Shown: positions 11,720 through 25,269 of the stretch, in pieces
How positions within the stretch are numbered: position 1 is the stretch's first letter
Layout: each line of letters opens with the position of its first letter
Assembly: GCA_030390025.1 (NCBI GenBank)
Contig: CM059426.1
Location: 95,728,001-95,792,000, forward strand
DNA length: 64,000 nucleotides
Source: Squalus acanthias
Taxonomy: Eukaryota
Direction: 5' to 3'
Notes under the pieces: generated by a model
What the model saw: the letters and a program-made list of their open reading frames with translations, nothing else
Databases searched by the model: none
Told to the model about the DNA's origin: nothing
Position numbers and translations under genes: made by a program

Positions 11720-12776
11720 TTTATTAAGCCTAGGATCCCGTATGCTTCTTTAACCGCTTTCTCAACCTGCCCTGCCACCTTCAATGATTTGTGCACATAT
11801 ACCCCCAGGTCTCTTTGTTCATGCACCTCCTTTAGAATTGTACCCTTTAGTTTATATTGCCTCTCCTCGTTCTTCCTCACAAAATGTATCACTTCTGCGT
11901 TAAATTTCATCTGCCACGTGTCCGCCCATTCCACTAGCCTGTCTGTCCTCTTGAAGTTTATCACTATCCTCCTCACTGTTCACTATACTTCCAAGTTTTA
12001 TGTCATCTGCAAATTTTGAAATTGTGCCTTGTACACCCAAGCTCAAGTCATTAATGTATATCAAGAAAAACAGTGGATATAGTACCGACCCCTGGGGAAC
12101 ACCACTGTGTACCTTCCTCCAGTCCGAAAAACAACCATTCACCACTACTCTCTGTTTCCTGTCACTTATCCAATTTCGTATCCATGCTGCCACTGTCCCT
12201 TTTAATCCATGGGCTTCAACTTTGCTGGCAAGCCTATTATGTGGCACTTTATCAAATGCCTTTTGGAAATCCATGTACACCTCATCAACCGCATTGCCCT
12301 CATCAACCCTCTCTGTTACCTCATCAAAAAACTCAATCAGGTTAGTTAAACACGATTTGCCTTTAACAAATCTGTGCTGGCTTTCCTTAATTAATCCACA
12401 CTTGTCCAAGTGACTGTTAATTCTGTCCTGGATTATCATTTCTAAAAGCTTCCCCACTACTGAGGTTAAACTGACTGGCCTGCAGTTGCTGGGTTTATTG
12501 TTACAAGGGTGCAATATTTGTAATTCTCCAGTCCTCTGGCACCACCCCTCGTATCTAAGGAGGATTGGAAGATTATGGCCAGTACCTCCGCAATTTCCAC
12601 CTTTACTTCCTTCAGCATCCTAGGATGCATCCCATCAAGTCCTGGTGACTTATCTACTTTAAGAACAGCCAGCCTTTCTAGTACCTCCTCTTTATCAATT
12701 TTTATCCCATCCAGTATCTCAACTACCTCCTCTTTCACTATGACTTTGGCAGCATCCTCTTCCTTGGTAAAGACAG
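11720..12776 (-). mobile_element. CR1 LINE RT part (continuation of 6996-7618)
   Basis: ORFs 11900..12514 and 11710..11976 with [21 protein letters not shown]; frameshifted. Confidence 0.92.
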
Positions 12777-14887
12777 AATCGGCCCCTTGGGCCAGTTTTG
12801 GTGAAAAAATGGCGGCCGCCTTGCTTCTGCCCTCTTCTGGCATGGAACGCGATGGCCACCATTTTGGGCAGGTCGGCAGCACTGCCGTTGCCTGCGCTCG
12901 CTGCAAATATATAATTAGTCAGATCATGAAGTCAATCAGTGTGCAACGTTGAATTGACACACAACCTGGTATTTTGGACGTCGCCGCTCCTTTTAACACC
13001 CTCTCCAAAGCACTCGTTCAGCTGTACGACGGACTCCCCACCAGCGCTTCTTAAAGGCACACACGCACCTTTGAGGTAAGTTTAGACTTTAGCTTTTGTA
13101 CTGTTTTCTTTACATTTTATTTGAGTAGTGGCTTGGTGTAAGACATTTAAAAAGTTGTTAAAGTGTGAAGGGAGTGCAGGGAGTGCTGCTGGACATTTGC
13201 AAGGCTTTGGCTCTGAAAGGAAGGCTTCTGAGAAGACCACTTGCTCACAGTCCTGGGGGCTCTAGTTGCAGTCCCCCTTGGGCTGCAGCATGACATGGAG
13301 ATGGAGCAGAGGCAGCAAAGGGGACAAGCAACTCGCAGAGGGAGGAGGAGGAGGAAGAAGAAGAAGAAGGAGAAGAGAAAGAAGCAGAAGAGAAAGGAGC
13401 AGAGGAGAAGGAAGCAAAAGAGGAAGAAGCAGAAGAGGAGGAAGTGGAGGGGAGGAGGCAACCCAGACAGCCCCTTTCTGGCTGGGATATCGTGGATTGA
13501 ATCATCCGCCTGCAGTACCAGTGAACACAACCCCAATTCCCCTTTCAACATTTGTCCCACATCTTACCGTCCCTCTGTTACTGACTATCGCAGCATCCTC
13601 TTGGCCACGATGCTGAAATAAAAGCCACCACAAAGCAAACTTTCCAATCCAACTTTATCCATATATTTATCCAATATTACATCAAAAAATCAACTAATCA
13701 CCCTTACGCATTCCCTTAGAGAGTGTCTTGTGTGTGCCTTTGCCTATCCTAGTCCTATAACGTAGTGCTACCCCAGTGGTTGCAGCATGGCTGCTGACTT
13801 TCAGTGAGGGAGACTGCAGATGGCCTTGCAGGATGACATTGAGGAGCTGGTGGCTGGGAGTGTCAAATCAAGTGATGGTGTTTCTTCTTCTTCTTCTTCA
13901 CTCTCCTCTCCCTCTTCTTGGTCAACCACTGGCTAGGCAGGCTGGATTTCTTGCGTATTTGAAATGAGGAAGGCACAAGGGTAGGGTTGTGGTGAGGAAA
14001 GGGCGGGAAAGCAAGATGTGCATGCTTACACCATGTGCAGCTTGTAAATCAGAAGATATTGTGGAATGAGGGTGAAGTGAGATGTGAGAAGGAGCATAAC
14101 GTATGAGGACACCGGCATCAAGTATTCTTTCAGCCCTGCTGCTGGCCAAGGGCTCAGCCATGGCCCTGCCATGAATGGCCAGCACCATCTCCTCCAAGGG
14201 GGTGAGGTGAAGCTAGGAATGTGAGGTGTGCCTCATGTTTGGTACAGATTGTTGGTAGGTGGGGGAGTTGTGCATTGAGCAGTGTGTGAGGCTACAGGTG
14301 CAGTTGGTAGGAGATGGCTTTTGAAGATGCATTCACTGACCGTGACCACTTATCTGAGATCATGAAACTTCTTTGGGCACTGAAGCTAGGTCGTGGGGGC
14401 GACACTGCTGGCAGTGATCGACTCGGCGATCTGGTCCCACATCCTTCTTTCTGGAGGGCCTACTGGCCCCCTGTGGGTAGAGGACCTCTCTACCAGTGTT
14501 CACCTCTGCACAAAGGCCTCGAGTGCTACATCTGGGACCCTGGATGCCCATTCCCTGGACATTTGATCCCTTTGGGTTAGTGCTGAAGCAGTTTTTAAAA
14601 ATTTTCAGCACCAGAAGGCAGCTCACCTTTAAGAGGTGCAGACTGCATTTAAGAGGCGCAGGCTAGCTTTAAGTAACGCTAGCCTCAATCGAACATCGAG
14701 AACTTTGGCCCCCTGCTGAGTGCACAACCTGTCAGCAGCGCGTTCAGCGCTGGGCTGTGTGCTACAATCAGTATAATTAGCAGGCAGCACACATTGATGT
14801 GCTGCCTGAAGTCCTTTCAACGGGCGTGGGCATATCACGTATTGCGCTGCCCACGCCCATTTTTCTGCGTTATCAAATTTCACCCCC
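12777..14887. mobile_element. Degenerate PIF/Harbinger-derived element with Myb/SANT-like gene remnant
   Basis: Minus strand ~14563-14340 reads (with stops/frameshifts) DVALEAFV...REVLYP...WDQIAESITASS...QCPKKFHDL, then LTPLEEMVLAI near 14200; right end ...AAATTTCACCCC; GA-rich tract 13330-13460. Confidence 0.6.
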
Positions 14888-15463
14888 TTAGAATCTTACA
14901 GCACAGAAGGAGGCCATTCGGCTCATCGTGCCTGTGCCGCCTCTTTGAAAGAGCTATCCAATTAGTTCCACTCCCCGCTCTTTCTCCATAGCCCTGCAAA
15001 TTTTTCCTTTTGAAGTATATATCAAATTCCATTTTGAAAGTTACTATTGAATCTGCTTCCACCATCCTTTCAGGTAGTGCGTTCCAGATCATAGCAACTC
15101 ACTGTGTAAAAAAAATTCTCATCGCCCTTCTGGTTCTTTTGCCAATTATATTAAATCAGTGTCCTCTGGATATTGACCCACCTGCCAGTGGAAGCAGATT
15201 CTACTTAGTTATTTTATCAAAACCCCTCAAAATTTTGAACACCTCTATTAAATCTCCCCTTACCCTTCTCCGCTCTAAAGACAACAATACCAGTTTATCT
15301 CATCTCTCCACATAACTGAAGTCCCTCATCCCTGGAATCATTCTGGTAAATCTCCTCTGCACCTTCTCTATTTCCTTGACATCTCTCCTAAAGTATGGTG
15401 CCCAGAATTGGACACAATACTCTAGTTGAGGCCTAACCAGTGACTTATAAAGGTTTAGCATAA
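14888..15463 (-). mobile_element. CR1 LINE 3' fragment
   Basis: LYKSLVRPQLEYCVQFWAPY, VQRRFTRMIPG, IWNALPERMVEA. Confidence 0.88.
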
Positions 15464-15850
15464 CGAGGTCCCACAAACAGCAAATGGTGGTAGTGTTTGG
15501 GGGATGAATGTACTCCCTACTCTTCTTCAAATAGTGCATCCATCTGAGCTGGTAGGTAGTGTCTCAGTTTAAAGCCTCAATCAAAATATGGCACCTCAGT
15601 ACTGCACTTAAATATTAGGTTAGATTATGGGGGTTGAATTTGTCACCCAGCATGTGTTCAAATCTGTAATGTGACTTGAATCCACAAACTTTAGACTCAG
15701 GCAAAAGTGCTACCAACAAAGTCAAGCTAATACTTGCAGCATCATTTTATCCGTAAAAAATGCATGCATGCAGGGATCGATCTGCTTTTGATGATTTCCA
15801 TGTATATCTAGGTGAAGTGTACAAGTATGTCTGGGCTGACTAATTTTTAA

Positions 15851-17731
15851 CACAAGACAGTCCAGAATGTCACCCGAGCACAACGCAACGCCATCCACGC
15901 ACTCAAGACCAACCGCAACATCGTCATCAAACCAGCGGACAAAGGAGGAGCCATCGTCATACAGAACGGAACGGACTATTGCAAAGAAGCATACCGACAA
16001 CTGGACAACCAGGAACACTACAGACAGCTACCCGCAGATCCGACCAAAGAACACACCCGCCAACTCAATAGACTGATCAAGACCTTCGATCCAGACCTTC
16101 AAAACATCCTACGCGCTCTCATCCCACGTACTCCCCGCGTAGGAGACTTTTACTGCCTCCCAAAGATACACAAAGCCAACACACCCGGACGTCCTATCGT
16201 ATCAGGCAACGGAACCCTGTGTGAGAACCTCTCTGGGTACGTCGAGGGCATCCTGAAACCCATCGTACAGGGAACCCCCAGCTTCTGTCGCGACACTACA
16301 GACTTCTTGCAGAAACTCAGCACCCATGGACCAGTTGAACCAGGAACACTCCTCGTCACAATGGACGTATCGGCACTCTACACCAATATCCCTCACAATG
16401 ACGGCATCGCTGCGACAGCCTCAGTACTCAACACCAACAACAGCCAATCTCCGGACGCCATCCTACAACTCATCCGCTTCATCCTTGACCACAATGTCTT
16501 CACCTTCGACAACCATTTTTTCACCCAAACACACGGAACAGCCATGGGGACCAAATTCGCACCCCAATACGCCAACATCTTCATGCACAAGTTCGAGCAA
16601 GACTTCTTCGCTGCACAGGACCTCCAACCAACGCTGTACACCAGATACATCGATGACATCTTCTTCCTTTGGACCCACGGCGAAGGATCACTGAAAGGAC
16701 TACACGATAGCATCAACAGGTTCCATCCCACCATCAAACTCACCATGGACTACTCCTCAGAATCGGTTTCATTCTTGGACACACGAATCTCCATCAAAGA
16801 CGGACGCCTCAGCACTTCACTCTACCGCAAGCCCACAGACAACCTCACGATGCTCCACTTCTCCAGCTTCCACCCTAACCACGTTAAAGAAGCCATCCCC
16901 TATGGACAAGCCCTGCGAATACACAGGATCTGCTCAGACGAGGAGGAACGCGATGGACACCTACGGACACTGAAAGACGCCCTCGTAAGAACGGGATATG
17001 ACGCTCGACTCGTCGATCGACAGTTCCGACGGGCCACAGCGAAAAACCGCATAGACCTCCTCAGAAGACGAACACGGGACACAACCAACAGAGTACCCTA
17101 CCTCGTCCAGTACTTCCCCGGAGCGGAAAAACTACGCCATGTTCTTCGCAGCCTTCAACATGTCATCGATGACGACGAACACCTTGCTAAGGCCATCCCC
17201 ACGCCTCCACTACTCGCCTTCAAGCAGCCGCCTAACCTCAAAAGTACCATCGTTCGCAGCAGATTACCCATCTTTCAGGAGAACAGCAACCAAGACACCA
17301 CACAACCCTGCCACGGCAACCTCTGCAAGACATGCCAAATCATGGACACAGATACCATCATTACACGTGAGGACACTACCCACCAGGTACACGGTACATA
17401 CTCATGTGACTCGGCCAACGTTGTCTACCTGATACATTGCAGTAAAGGATGCTCCAGAGCATGGTACATCGGCGAGACCATGCAGACACTGAGACAACGT
17501 ATGAACGGACACCGCGCACCAATCGCCAGGCAGGAGGGTTGCCTCCCAGTCGGGGAACACTTCAGCAGCCAGGGGCATTCAGCCTCGGATCTGCGGGTAA
17601 GCGTTCTCCAAGGCGGCCTTCGAGATACACGACAGCGCAAAATCATAGAGCAGAAACTGATAGCCAAGTTCCGCACTCATGAGGATGGCCTCAATCGCGA
17701 TATCGGGTTCATGTCACGATACAGAACGTGA
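15851..17731 (+). CDS. PLE RT-GIY-YIG ORF, 5'-truncated
   Basis: ORF 16307..17731 (474 aa) with YIDD, CHGNLCKTC, VYLIHC...WYIGET; upstream sequence from 15851 is collinear with the first copy. Confidence 0.88.
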   Translation, partial: HKTVQNVTRAQRNAIHALKTNRNIVIKPADKGGAIVIQNGTDYCKEAYRQLDNQEHYRQLPADPTKEHTRQLNRLIKTFDPDLQNILRALIPRTPRVGDFYCLPKIHKANTPGRPIVSGNGTLCENLSGYVEGILKPIVQGTPSFCRDTTDFLQKLSTHGPVEPGTLLVTMDVSALYTNIPHNDGIAATASVLNTNNSQSPDAILQLIRFILDHNVFTFDNHFFTQTHGTAMGTKFAPQYANIFMHKFEQDFFAAQDLQPTLYTRYIDDIFFLWTHGEGSLKGLHDSINRFHPTIKLTMDYSSESVSFLDTRISIKDGRLSTSLYRKPTDNLTMLHFSSFHPNHVKEAIPYGQALRIHRICSDEEERDGHLRTLKDALVRTGYDARLVDRQFRRATAKNRIDLLRRRTRDTTNRVPYLVQYFPGAEKLRHVLRSLQHVIDDDEHLAKAIPTPPLLAFKQPPNLKSTIVRSRLPIFQENSNQDTTQPCHGNLCKTCQIMDTDTIITREDTTHQVHGTYSCDSANVVYLIHCSKGCSRAWYIGETMQTLRQRMNGHRAPIARQEGCLPVGEHFSSQGHSASDLRVSVLQGGLRDTRQRKIIEQKLIAKFRTHEDGLNRDIGFMSRYRT

Positions 17732-17892
17732 CTTGACATCATGGCCGGTCTTCCCAGGTGTTTTTTTTTTAAAAGTCTAACACAAGAACACAAATTGACA
17801 GGATATGCAGCCAGCAGGTGGTTTGACACGTTGGACCCCCTGGGACACATCTCATTGTCTTGGCTATGCTCTTTGTTGTAGGGAATAATGTG
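15851..17892 (+). mobile_element. Second Neptune-type PLE copy, truncated at both ends
   Basis: 10-bp TSD TAATTTTTAA (15841-15850, 17893-17902); closely similar to 9698-11578; 3' UTR retains the tttgacacgtt...ctcattgtct block but no HHR. Confidence 0.92.
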
Positions 17893-18556
17893 TAATTTTT
17901 AATACACAAACTAGATTTTAAATGTCACAGAACGGGCACAATGACCTTAAAGGGAGAAACTTCTTGTAAATTCAACATGCATTGGAGACTGATTAAAATA
18001 TAAACAATTATTGGTTTGTATGGCATTTGCAACCAAGTAGGAATCATTAGCAGTAAGTCCATGAGCTGTAAGTACTTCCAGATTAATGCACGTGTTTATA
18101 TATTTTCCCTGTCAAATGCTTCATTACAAAGTAAATGCACTTTTCATCTGTTACACTTTCATCTTATCCCAAATATTAAAAAAGGATAGATATTCTTTAC
18201 TTACTATTCTCTCTGCACTTGTTGAAACTTCTCCCCACCCCATTAATAAACAACCAAACTGGCAAAAATACAAGTATTTGTTCCAACAAAACAATCCTGA
18301 ATTGATATGTTGTCTCAACTCACCTACTCCCTGTTTACTGTGTTTTACCCAAACTCCAAACAAACCTCTGAACTTATTTGTTATAAAAACTTTAGCAGCA
18401 GCTGATTGGCTGGCCCAAGTTCCTTATTGGGAGATGCTGCCATTCCATTCACTGATGTTCTTCTTCCTGTCAGTTCCAACTGCAGTTCCTACCTGATATT
18501 ATGTTTCATTCTGGGACTGAAATCTGTGCTGCAAGTGAAACTCCTGGTCTTACAAT

Positions 18557-19294
18557 GGCCTGTGTGCGGATGCCTCCTATCGGGAAAAAATCTACACCCT
18601 CACCTGAGGGCTTCCGAGGTGCGGCCATTTCCGCTCCTGGGCCTCTCCACAGTCACAATGCGCAGGGCCCAGGTATCCCAGGGGCACATGTGGTTCGCAA
18701 GCGTCCCTGGGATCACGTGGGCCAGGCGAGCCAATGGGAGAAGGGAATCTCCCTTCATATTTTTGACAGATAGAACTGTCTAAAGTATGAATGGAGATCA
18801 CCCCAAAAACACATCAAATCATTAAATACATTTTTAAAAAACCATCACATTTTAAAAATGAGTTAAAATTACATTAAATTAAATATTTTAAACAAAAATT
18901 TAATTTTTTGAAAAAATAATTACAGTTTTTTTACGGGGCTAAAAATAAACTTACCTTTTTTAAAAGTATTTTAAAATTATAAATGAGTGAAAAAAAATAT
19001 TTTTTAAACTTTTTTAAACTCTTATGCTGGTAAAAGCAAGCCTTACGCCTGCTTTTACCAGGCGTAAGATTTTTAAGGGATTTCAGCGGGCGGAGGTTCT
19101 GCAGAAAGCGAACACTCCTACCCGCAGAGGCCCTTCTCCAGGGCAGGCGTGCGATCTGTCAAGAGCATTCTTGACAGATCGGAAATGCCGGTTTTCAGCA
19201 CATGCGCTTCGCATGCCTGAAACCGGCATTTCCGATGTCCCTATGGGTGTGTACACAGCTCGTACACACCCGTAGCCATCGGAAAATACGGGCC
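18557..19294. mobile_element. Non-autonomous Harbinger-like element, related to 31568-32310
   Basis: GGCC termini with AAT on both sides; shares tgccggtttt...gcatgc...aaaccggca and tcacgtgatccc blocks with 31568-32310 in the opposite orientation. Confidence 0.65.
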
Positions 19295-20508
19295 AATAAA
19301 TCAGATATTCCTGCCTTCAGCCACAAAGTCCGATCCTGGAACAAAGCAGGGATGTCAGGTAGGAGCTGTAGTCGGGACTGGCAGAGAGAACATCAAGGAG
19401 GGAGAGAGTCTCTATGAATTGGGGGAAGGAGGTTAGAGGAATAGAGTGTCTCTGTGAACTGTGGGGGGGCTTGGAGAATGAATGGCCCAGAAATTCGGGA
19501 CCACCCATTTCTGAGCGCACGGTGGGTGCACAGGATATATACCCTGCACCAGGATGGTGAGATCTAAGGCTCCTCAGGTATTGGGCTTCAGGCCTCATTA
19601 TAATGGAACCGGTGTGGCGCAACAGCTTGCCATCAAAGAGTAGTGAAAAATCGCACCGCTACTAGTGTCACAGCGGCTCTCAGGTAAGTGGGTCCGGGGT
19701 GGCGATGAGGCAACAAGGGACTGGTGGTCCAGGATCATTTTTTTAAACAATAAATATAATATAAAAGAAAACCATTGTAAAATAAGCCTGATAAGGGCCC
19801 TAGATAAATGAAAGATAAATAGCAAAGTCCTCGTATAAATGCTGATCAGCTCGAAAATAGCACCAAATGCCATTAAAAATAGTGGCTTCTTTCTGTTTAA
19901 ATGGTCTCCTATTAACTTTACTAAAAAAAAGTTCCTCCCATAATATTGCACACAGGAAGTCAAGATTAAGTGAGGTCTTCAGGTGAAGCAATGTTAGAAG
20001 ATGGTGATAATTGGGCCAGGGCATGCAGATGTAATTCAGCCCCCATTTTAAAGTCATGCATTCTGTACTTACTTTTATATTTCCATTATAAATTTCTATG
20101 TCTACATTTATAATGAAAATCTAAAAATAAGTACAGAATGTATGACTGGTAAACACTCTCGCCCAAGTCATTTACAACTGCACTTTCAAACTCCCAGCTA
20201 CCCAGCCTTTGGCCTTCCATTCACAATACTTCTGCAGTTGTTGATTTGCTCAACCGCACCCTCACCTTCACCTCTGATGCCTTTGGGCCCAGCAAAACCT
20301 TTACTCTCTCCCACCCTGATTGTTCCCCCTGGTATGGCCCCCATCTTCGCTCCCTCAAGTCCAAGGGCACAGACTTGAGTGTATCTGACACACAACTGGT
20401 TTAGCCATCCATCACTAGATCTGGCTGGACCACATCAAGTACTATCGGGCCTAACTCTCATGTGCCAAAACCACGCACTACTCCAGAAGTATTGTGGAGA
20501 GCAAAGAT

Positions 20509-21783
20509 AAGAATATAAGAAATAGGAGCAGGAGTAGGCCATACGGCCCCTCGAGCCTGCTCCATTCAATAAGATCATGGCTGATCATCCACCTCAACTC
20601 CACTTTTCCGCTCGATCTCCATATCCCTTGATTCACCTAGATTCCAAAAATCTATCTCAGCCTTGAATATACTCAAAGCCTCAGCATCCACAGTCCTCTG
20701 TGGCAGAGAATTCCAAAGATTCATAACCCTCTGAGTGAAGAAATTCCTCCTCATCTCAGTCTTAAATGGCTGACCCCTTATCCTGAGACTATTCCCCCTA
20801 GTTCTAGACACTCCAGCCAGGGGAAACAACCTCTCAGCATCTACCCTGTCAATCCCCTTCAGAATCTTGTACGTTTCAATGATATCACCTCTCATTCTTT
20901 TAAACTCCAGAGAGTATAGCCCATTCTACACAATCTCTCATCATAGGACAGCCCTCTCATCCCAGGAATCAATCTAGTGAACCTTCGTTGCATCTCCTCC
21001 AAGGTAAGTATATCCTTCCTTAGATAAGGCGACCAAAACTGTGGACAGTACTCCAGGTGTGGTCTCACCAAGGCCCTGTACAATTGTAGCAAGACTTCTT
21101 TACTCTTATACTCCAACCCCCTTGCAATAAAGGCCAACATGCCATTTGCCTTCCTTATTGCTTGCTGTACCTGTATGCTAGCTTTCTGTGTTTCTTGCAC
21201 AAAGACAGCCAAATCTCACTGAACACCAACATTTAAAAGTTTCTCATCATTTAAAAAATATTCTGTTTTTCTATTCATCCTACCAAAATGAATAACCTCA
21301 CATTTCCCTACATTATACTCCATCTGCCACCTTACTGCCCACTCACTTAGTCTATCTATATCCCTTTGCAGACTCTTTGTGTTCTCCTCACAGCTTACTG
21401 TCCCACCTAGCTTTGTATCATCAGCAAAATTGGATACATTACACTCGGTCCCTTCATCTAGGTCATTAATATAGATTGTAAATAGCTGAGGCCCCAACAT
21501 TGATCCTTGCGGCACCCACTAGTTACAGCCTGCCAACCTGAAAAAGACCCGTTTATCCCTACTCTCGGTTTTCTGTCCATTAACCAATCCTCTATCCATG
21601 CTACTATATTACCCCCAACCCCATGAGCCCTTATCTTGTGTAATAACCTTATATGTGGCACCTTATCGAATGCCTTTTGGAAATCCAAATATATTACATC
21701 CACTGGTTCCCCTTTATCTACCCTATTAGTTACATCCTCAAAAAACTCTAATAAATTTGTCAAACACGATTTACCTTTCATAA
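20509..21783 (-). mobile_element. CR1 LINE 3' portion, frameshifted
   Basis: Four overlapping ORFs covering RT to C-terminus; (taagaa) tail; inserted in L2-like sequence. Confidence 0.92.
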
Positions 21784-22477
21784 GATAACCCCCTCTCACC
21801 TCCCCTTTAAAAGCTTCATTGTCTACCACCTCCACAACGAGTTTCTCACCGAAGTATCATGGATTGCAGTGGTTCAAGAAGGCAGCTCACCACCACCTTC
21901 GCAAGAGCAGTTAGGGATGGGCAATAAATGCTGGCCTTGCCAGCGACGCCCACATCCTGTGAATGAATTTTAAAAAATCCGCCCTCCTTTTCTCTAGACT
22001 GAGCAACTTCTTATCCTCTGTGATTTCTAGCTCCCCTTGCTGAATTCACTGCCCTCCTGTCCTCCCTAAGCCTCTCTTTCCATATAAACTCCCCTTGACT
22101 TTGCCATTTCCTATGGCACCCCTACTGCTATAGTCTCGATCACAGACAAGACAACCTCCAATTACTTCCTTGTATCACTCATCACCCACACCCCTCTTAT
22201 AACATCGCTTCCTTCTGCATCTACCTCCAGAAAAAAATTCTTCCCCAATTCACTTGCAATTGCACTTTCAGAATCCCAACTGCCTAGCCTTTGGCCCTCC
22301 ATTCGCCACACTACTTCTGCAACTGTCAATTTTCTCAACCATTCCCTCACCTCAACCTTTGATTCCATTGTCCCAGTAAACCTATCGCAGTTGTTCCCCT
22401 TATCTTCACTCCCTCAAGTCCAAGGGGCGCACAAATGAGCGTAGCTGGCGCACAACTGGTTTAGCCATCCCTCACCA

Positions 22478-23003
22478 GGGAACCGCACCTCAGGAAGGAT
22501 ATATTAGTCTCGGAGTGGGTACAGTGCAGATTCACCAGAATGATACTGGGGCTTAAAGGGTAAAATTATGAGGACAGGTTGCATAAACTAGGTTTATATT
22601 CCTTGAGTTTAGAAGGTTGAGGGGTGATCTAATTGAGGTGTTTAAAATGATAAAAGGATTCAATCGGGCAGATACAGAAAAACTTTTTCCTCTGGTGGGG
22701 AATCCAGAACAAGGGGGCACAATCTTAAAATTAAAGCTAGGTCATTTAGGAGTGAAATCAGGAAGCACTTTTTCACACAAAGGGTTGTGGAAATCTGGAA
22801 CTCTCAGTTGTGGATGCTGGGTCAATTGAAATTTTCAAGACTAAGATCGATAGATTTTTATTAGGTGAAGGTATCAGGGGATATGGAGCAAAGGCGGGTA
22901 AATGGAGTTGAGGTACAGATCATCCATGATCTGATTGAATGGCTGAATAAGCTCGAGAGCCTGAATGGCCTACTTCTGCTCCCATGTACCCGTGTTCCTA
23001 TGT
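22478..23003 (+). mobile_element. CR1 LINE 3' fragment nested in L2
   Basis: RGDLIEVFKMIKG; CR1 3' UTR; flanking L2-like sequence resumes at ~23004. Confidence 0.85.
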
Positions 23004-24420
23004 AGATCTGGTTGTACCATTTCAAGCACTATCACGCCTCACTCTCCTCTGCCAAAACCATCCAATACTCCAGGATCATTCTGTAGAGCAAAAATAACCC
23101 CAGCTTCTTTTGTCCATTACCAATCGTATCCTTAAACTCCTCTTTCCTGTCTCCTCTACCCTCATCTCCAGCAAGTTCAACTTGTGCAACTGCTCATGGA
23201 CTTCTTTGTCACTAAAATTGAGATAATCGATTCAGCTGCCTCTTCTCCTCAAACCCCCTCCTCAGCCTCCTTGACCTCTCTGCAGCCTTTGACGAGGTCG
23301 ACCACACCATCTTCCTCCAGCGTCTCTCCTCCATTGTCCAGCTCAGTTGGATAGCCCTCGCTTGGTTTCACTCTTACCTATCTGATCATTGCCACAACAT
23401 CTCCAGAAATGCCTTCTCTTTTCATCCCTGCACCATTACCTCCAAAGCCAACAAGGATCTATCCTTGGCCCCCTTCCTTTCTCATATACATGCTCCCTCT
23501 TGGTGACATCATCCACAGACATGGGATCAGCTTCTACATGTACGTTAATGAAACCCAACTCCACCACTTTGCTCAACCCCTCTACTGCTCATGTGTTTTC
23601 AGACTGCTTGTCTGACATTTTGAATGAGCCAGTTTGCTCCAACTAAATAATGGAAGACCAAAGTCAACATCTTCGGCGCCCTCCACATCGTACTTTTGAC
23701 ATTAATTTCATTCCCCCCCCCCACTCCCTGGCCACTGTCTCAGGCTGAACCTGACTGTTTGAAACCTCAGCATCCTATTTGACCCTGAGCTGAGTTTCTT
23801 ACCCCATATCCTTGCCATCAAAAAGACCGCCAATTTTCACTTCTATTACATCACCTGCTTGCACCCCTACTTCAGCCCATCTGCTGCTGAAAACCCCATT
23901 CATGCCTTTGTTGCCTCCAGACTTGACCATTCCAATCCTCGCTGGCCTCTCATCCACCATAAACTTCAATTCAGCTAAATTCATCACTCCTGTGCTCACT
24001 GACCTACATTGGTTCTTGGTCCCCCAACAATTCAGATTTAAAATTCTGATCCTCGTGGTTAAATCCCTTTACGGTCTCGCCTCTCCTTATCCCCTCCATT
24101 CCTACAACCCCCCCACCTCCAATCGGTCTGCCGATTCTGGTCTCTTGTGCATCCTACACTTCATTTCTCCAGACCATTGACAGCTATGCCTTCAGCTACT
24201 TCGGCCCCATGCTGTGGAATTGTCTCGCTAAGCTCCTCTGCCTCTCCACCTCCCCCTCCTCCCTTAAGGTCCTCCTCAAACCCACCTCTTTGACCAAGCT
24301 TTTAGTCACCTCGCCTAATATCACCTTCTTTTGGTTCAACATCCATTGTGTCTGATTATGCCTGTGTGAAGTTTTCTATGTTAAAGGTGCTAAACAAATG
24401 CAAGTTATTATAAATAACAA
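23004..24420 (+). mobile_element. L2 LINE degenerate 3' portion
   Basis: LLDLSAAFD.VDH, QGSILGP, ITPVLTDLHW...FKIL; tail ...aatgcaagtt. Confidence 0.8.
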
Positions 24421-25269
24421 TTTGGAAATAAACTGCAGCATTTGGTGGGAAGAGCTTAAGTGATATTTTATATATGTCACAATACTGTGCATGAGAGGAA
24501 GCTGGAGCTGCCTGCCTGCAATCTTGGTTACATTGAGGGAAGGGATATATGCTTCGGCTGTGATGCCTTAGATGCGGGTCTCACTTGCACTGAGGAGTTG
24601 CTGATCTGATTCCATAGTTGCACTACAACTTTAGTGTTGCAGTGAGGTGAAAACTACTTTGCTGCAACACTATAACTTTAGGATGTAAGCACCACTAATG
24701 AAACTTAAACTTCCCTTTTCTGCACTTGTGGCTTAACTGCCTTGTTATTTCTGGAATCCCTTTGCAGAAGGAAAGTACAGTCTAAAACATCAGTATGAAA
24801 TTGTTGTGTACAGGCTGACCTTTCTCACATTTTATCCCCCATTCTGATTTTATTGTCTATCTGGTTTATGTTGTAAAAGTATGGATTTGTCTAGTGTTCT
24901 CACTTACTGCTTCAGTACATTAATCTCATCCTCTAAGTTTGACCAACATTGCTCCAAAGCAAAAAATATTGCTTTATCTGGACTAGAATCAATTTTGTTT
25001 AGTGCTACATAGGTTGTTTAAGTTTCTTGACATTACTTCCCACTTCAGCCATTAACTGCAGCATGATAGTCAGATACAGATATTATTATAATGGCTCTTC
25101 GCTCGGCTGTGTGAATTTCGCTGTTTAAAAAAAATGAAGTTAAGTCAGTTTGTTCATCTCCACCCTTACCTCAGCCTCCTGTCGTAAACACCCTTATCTA
25201 CACCTTCACTAACTCTAGACTCAAATTCTCCTGTCCTGCACCCTCACATAAATTCCATGTCATAGTAAG

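Noticed and set aside
13147-13621. Lys/Arg-rich and Phe/Ser-rich ORFs
   Set aside because: Products of a GA-rich low-complexity tract in a decayed transposon
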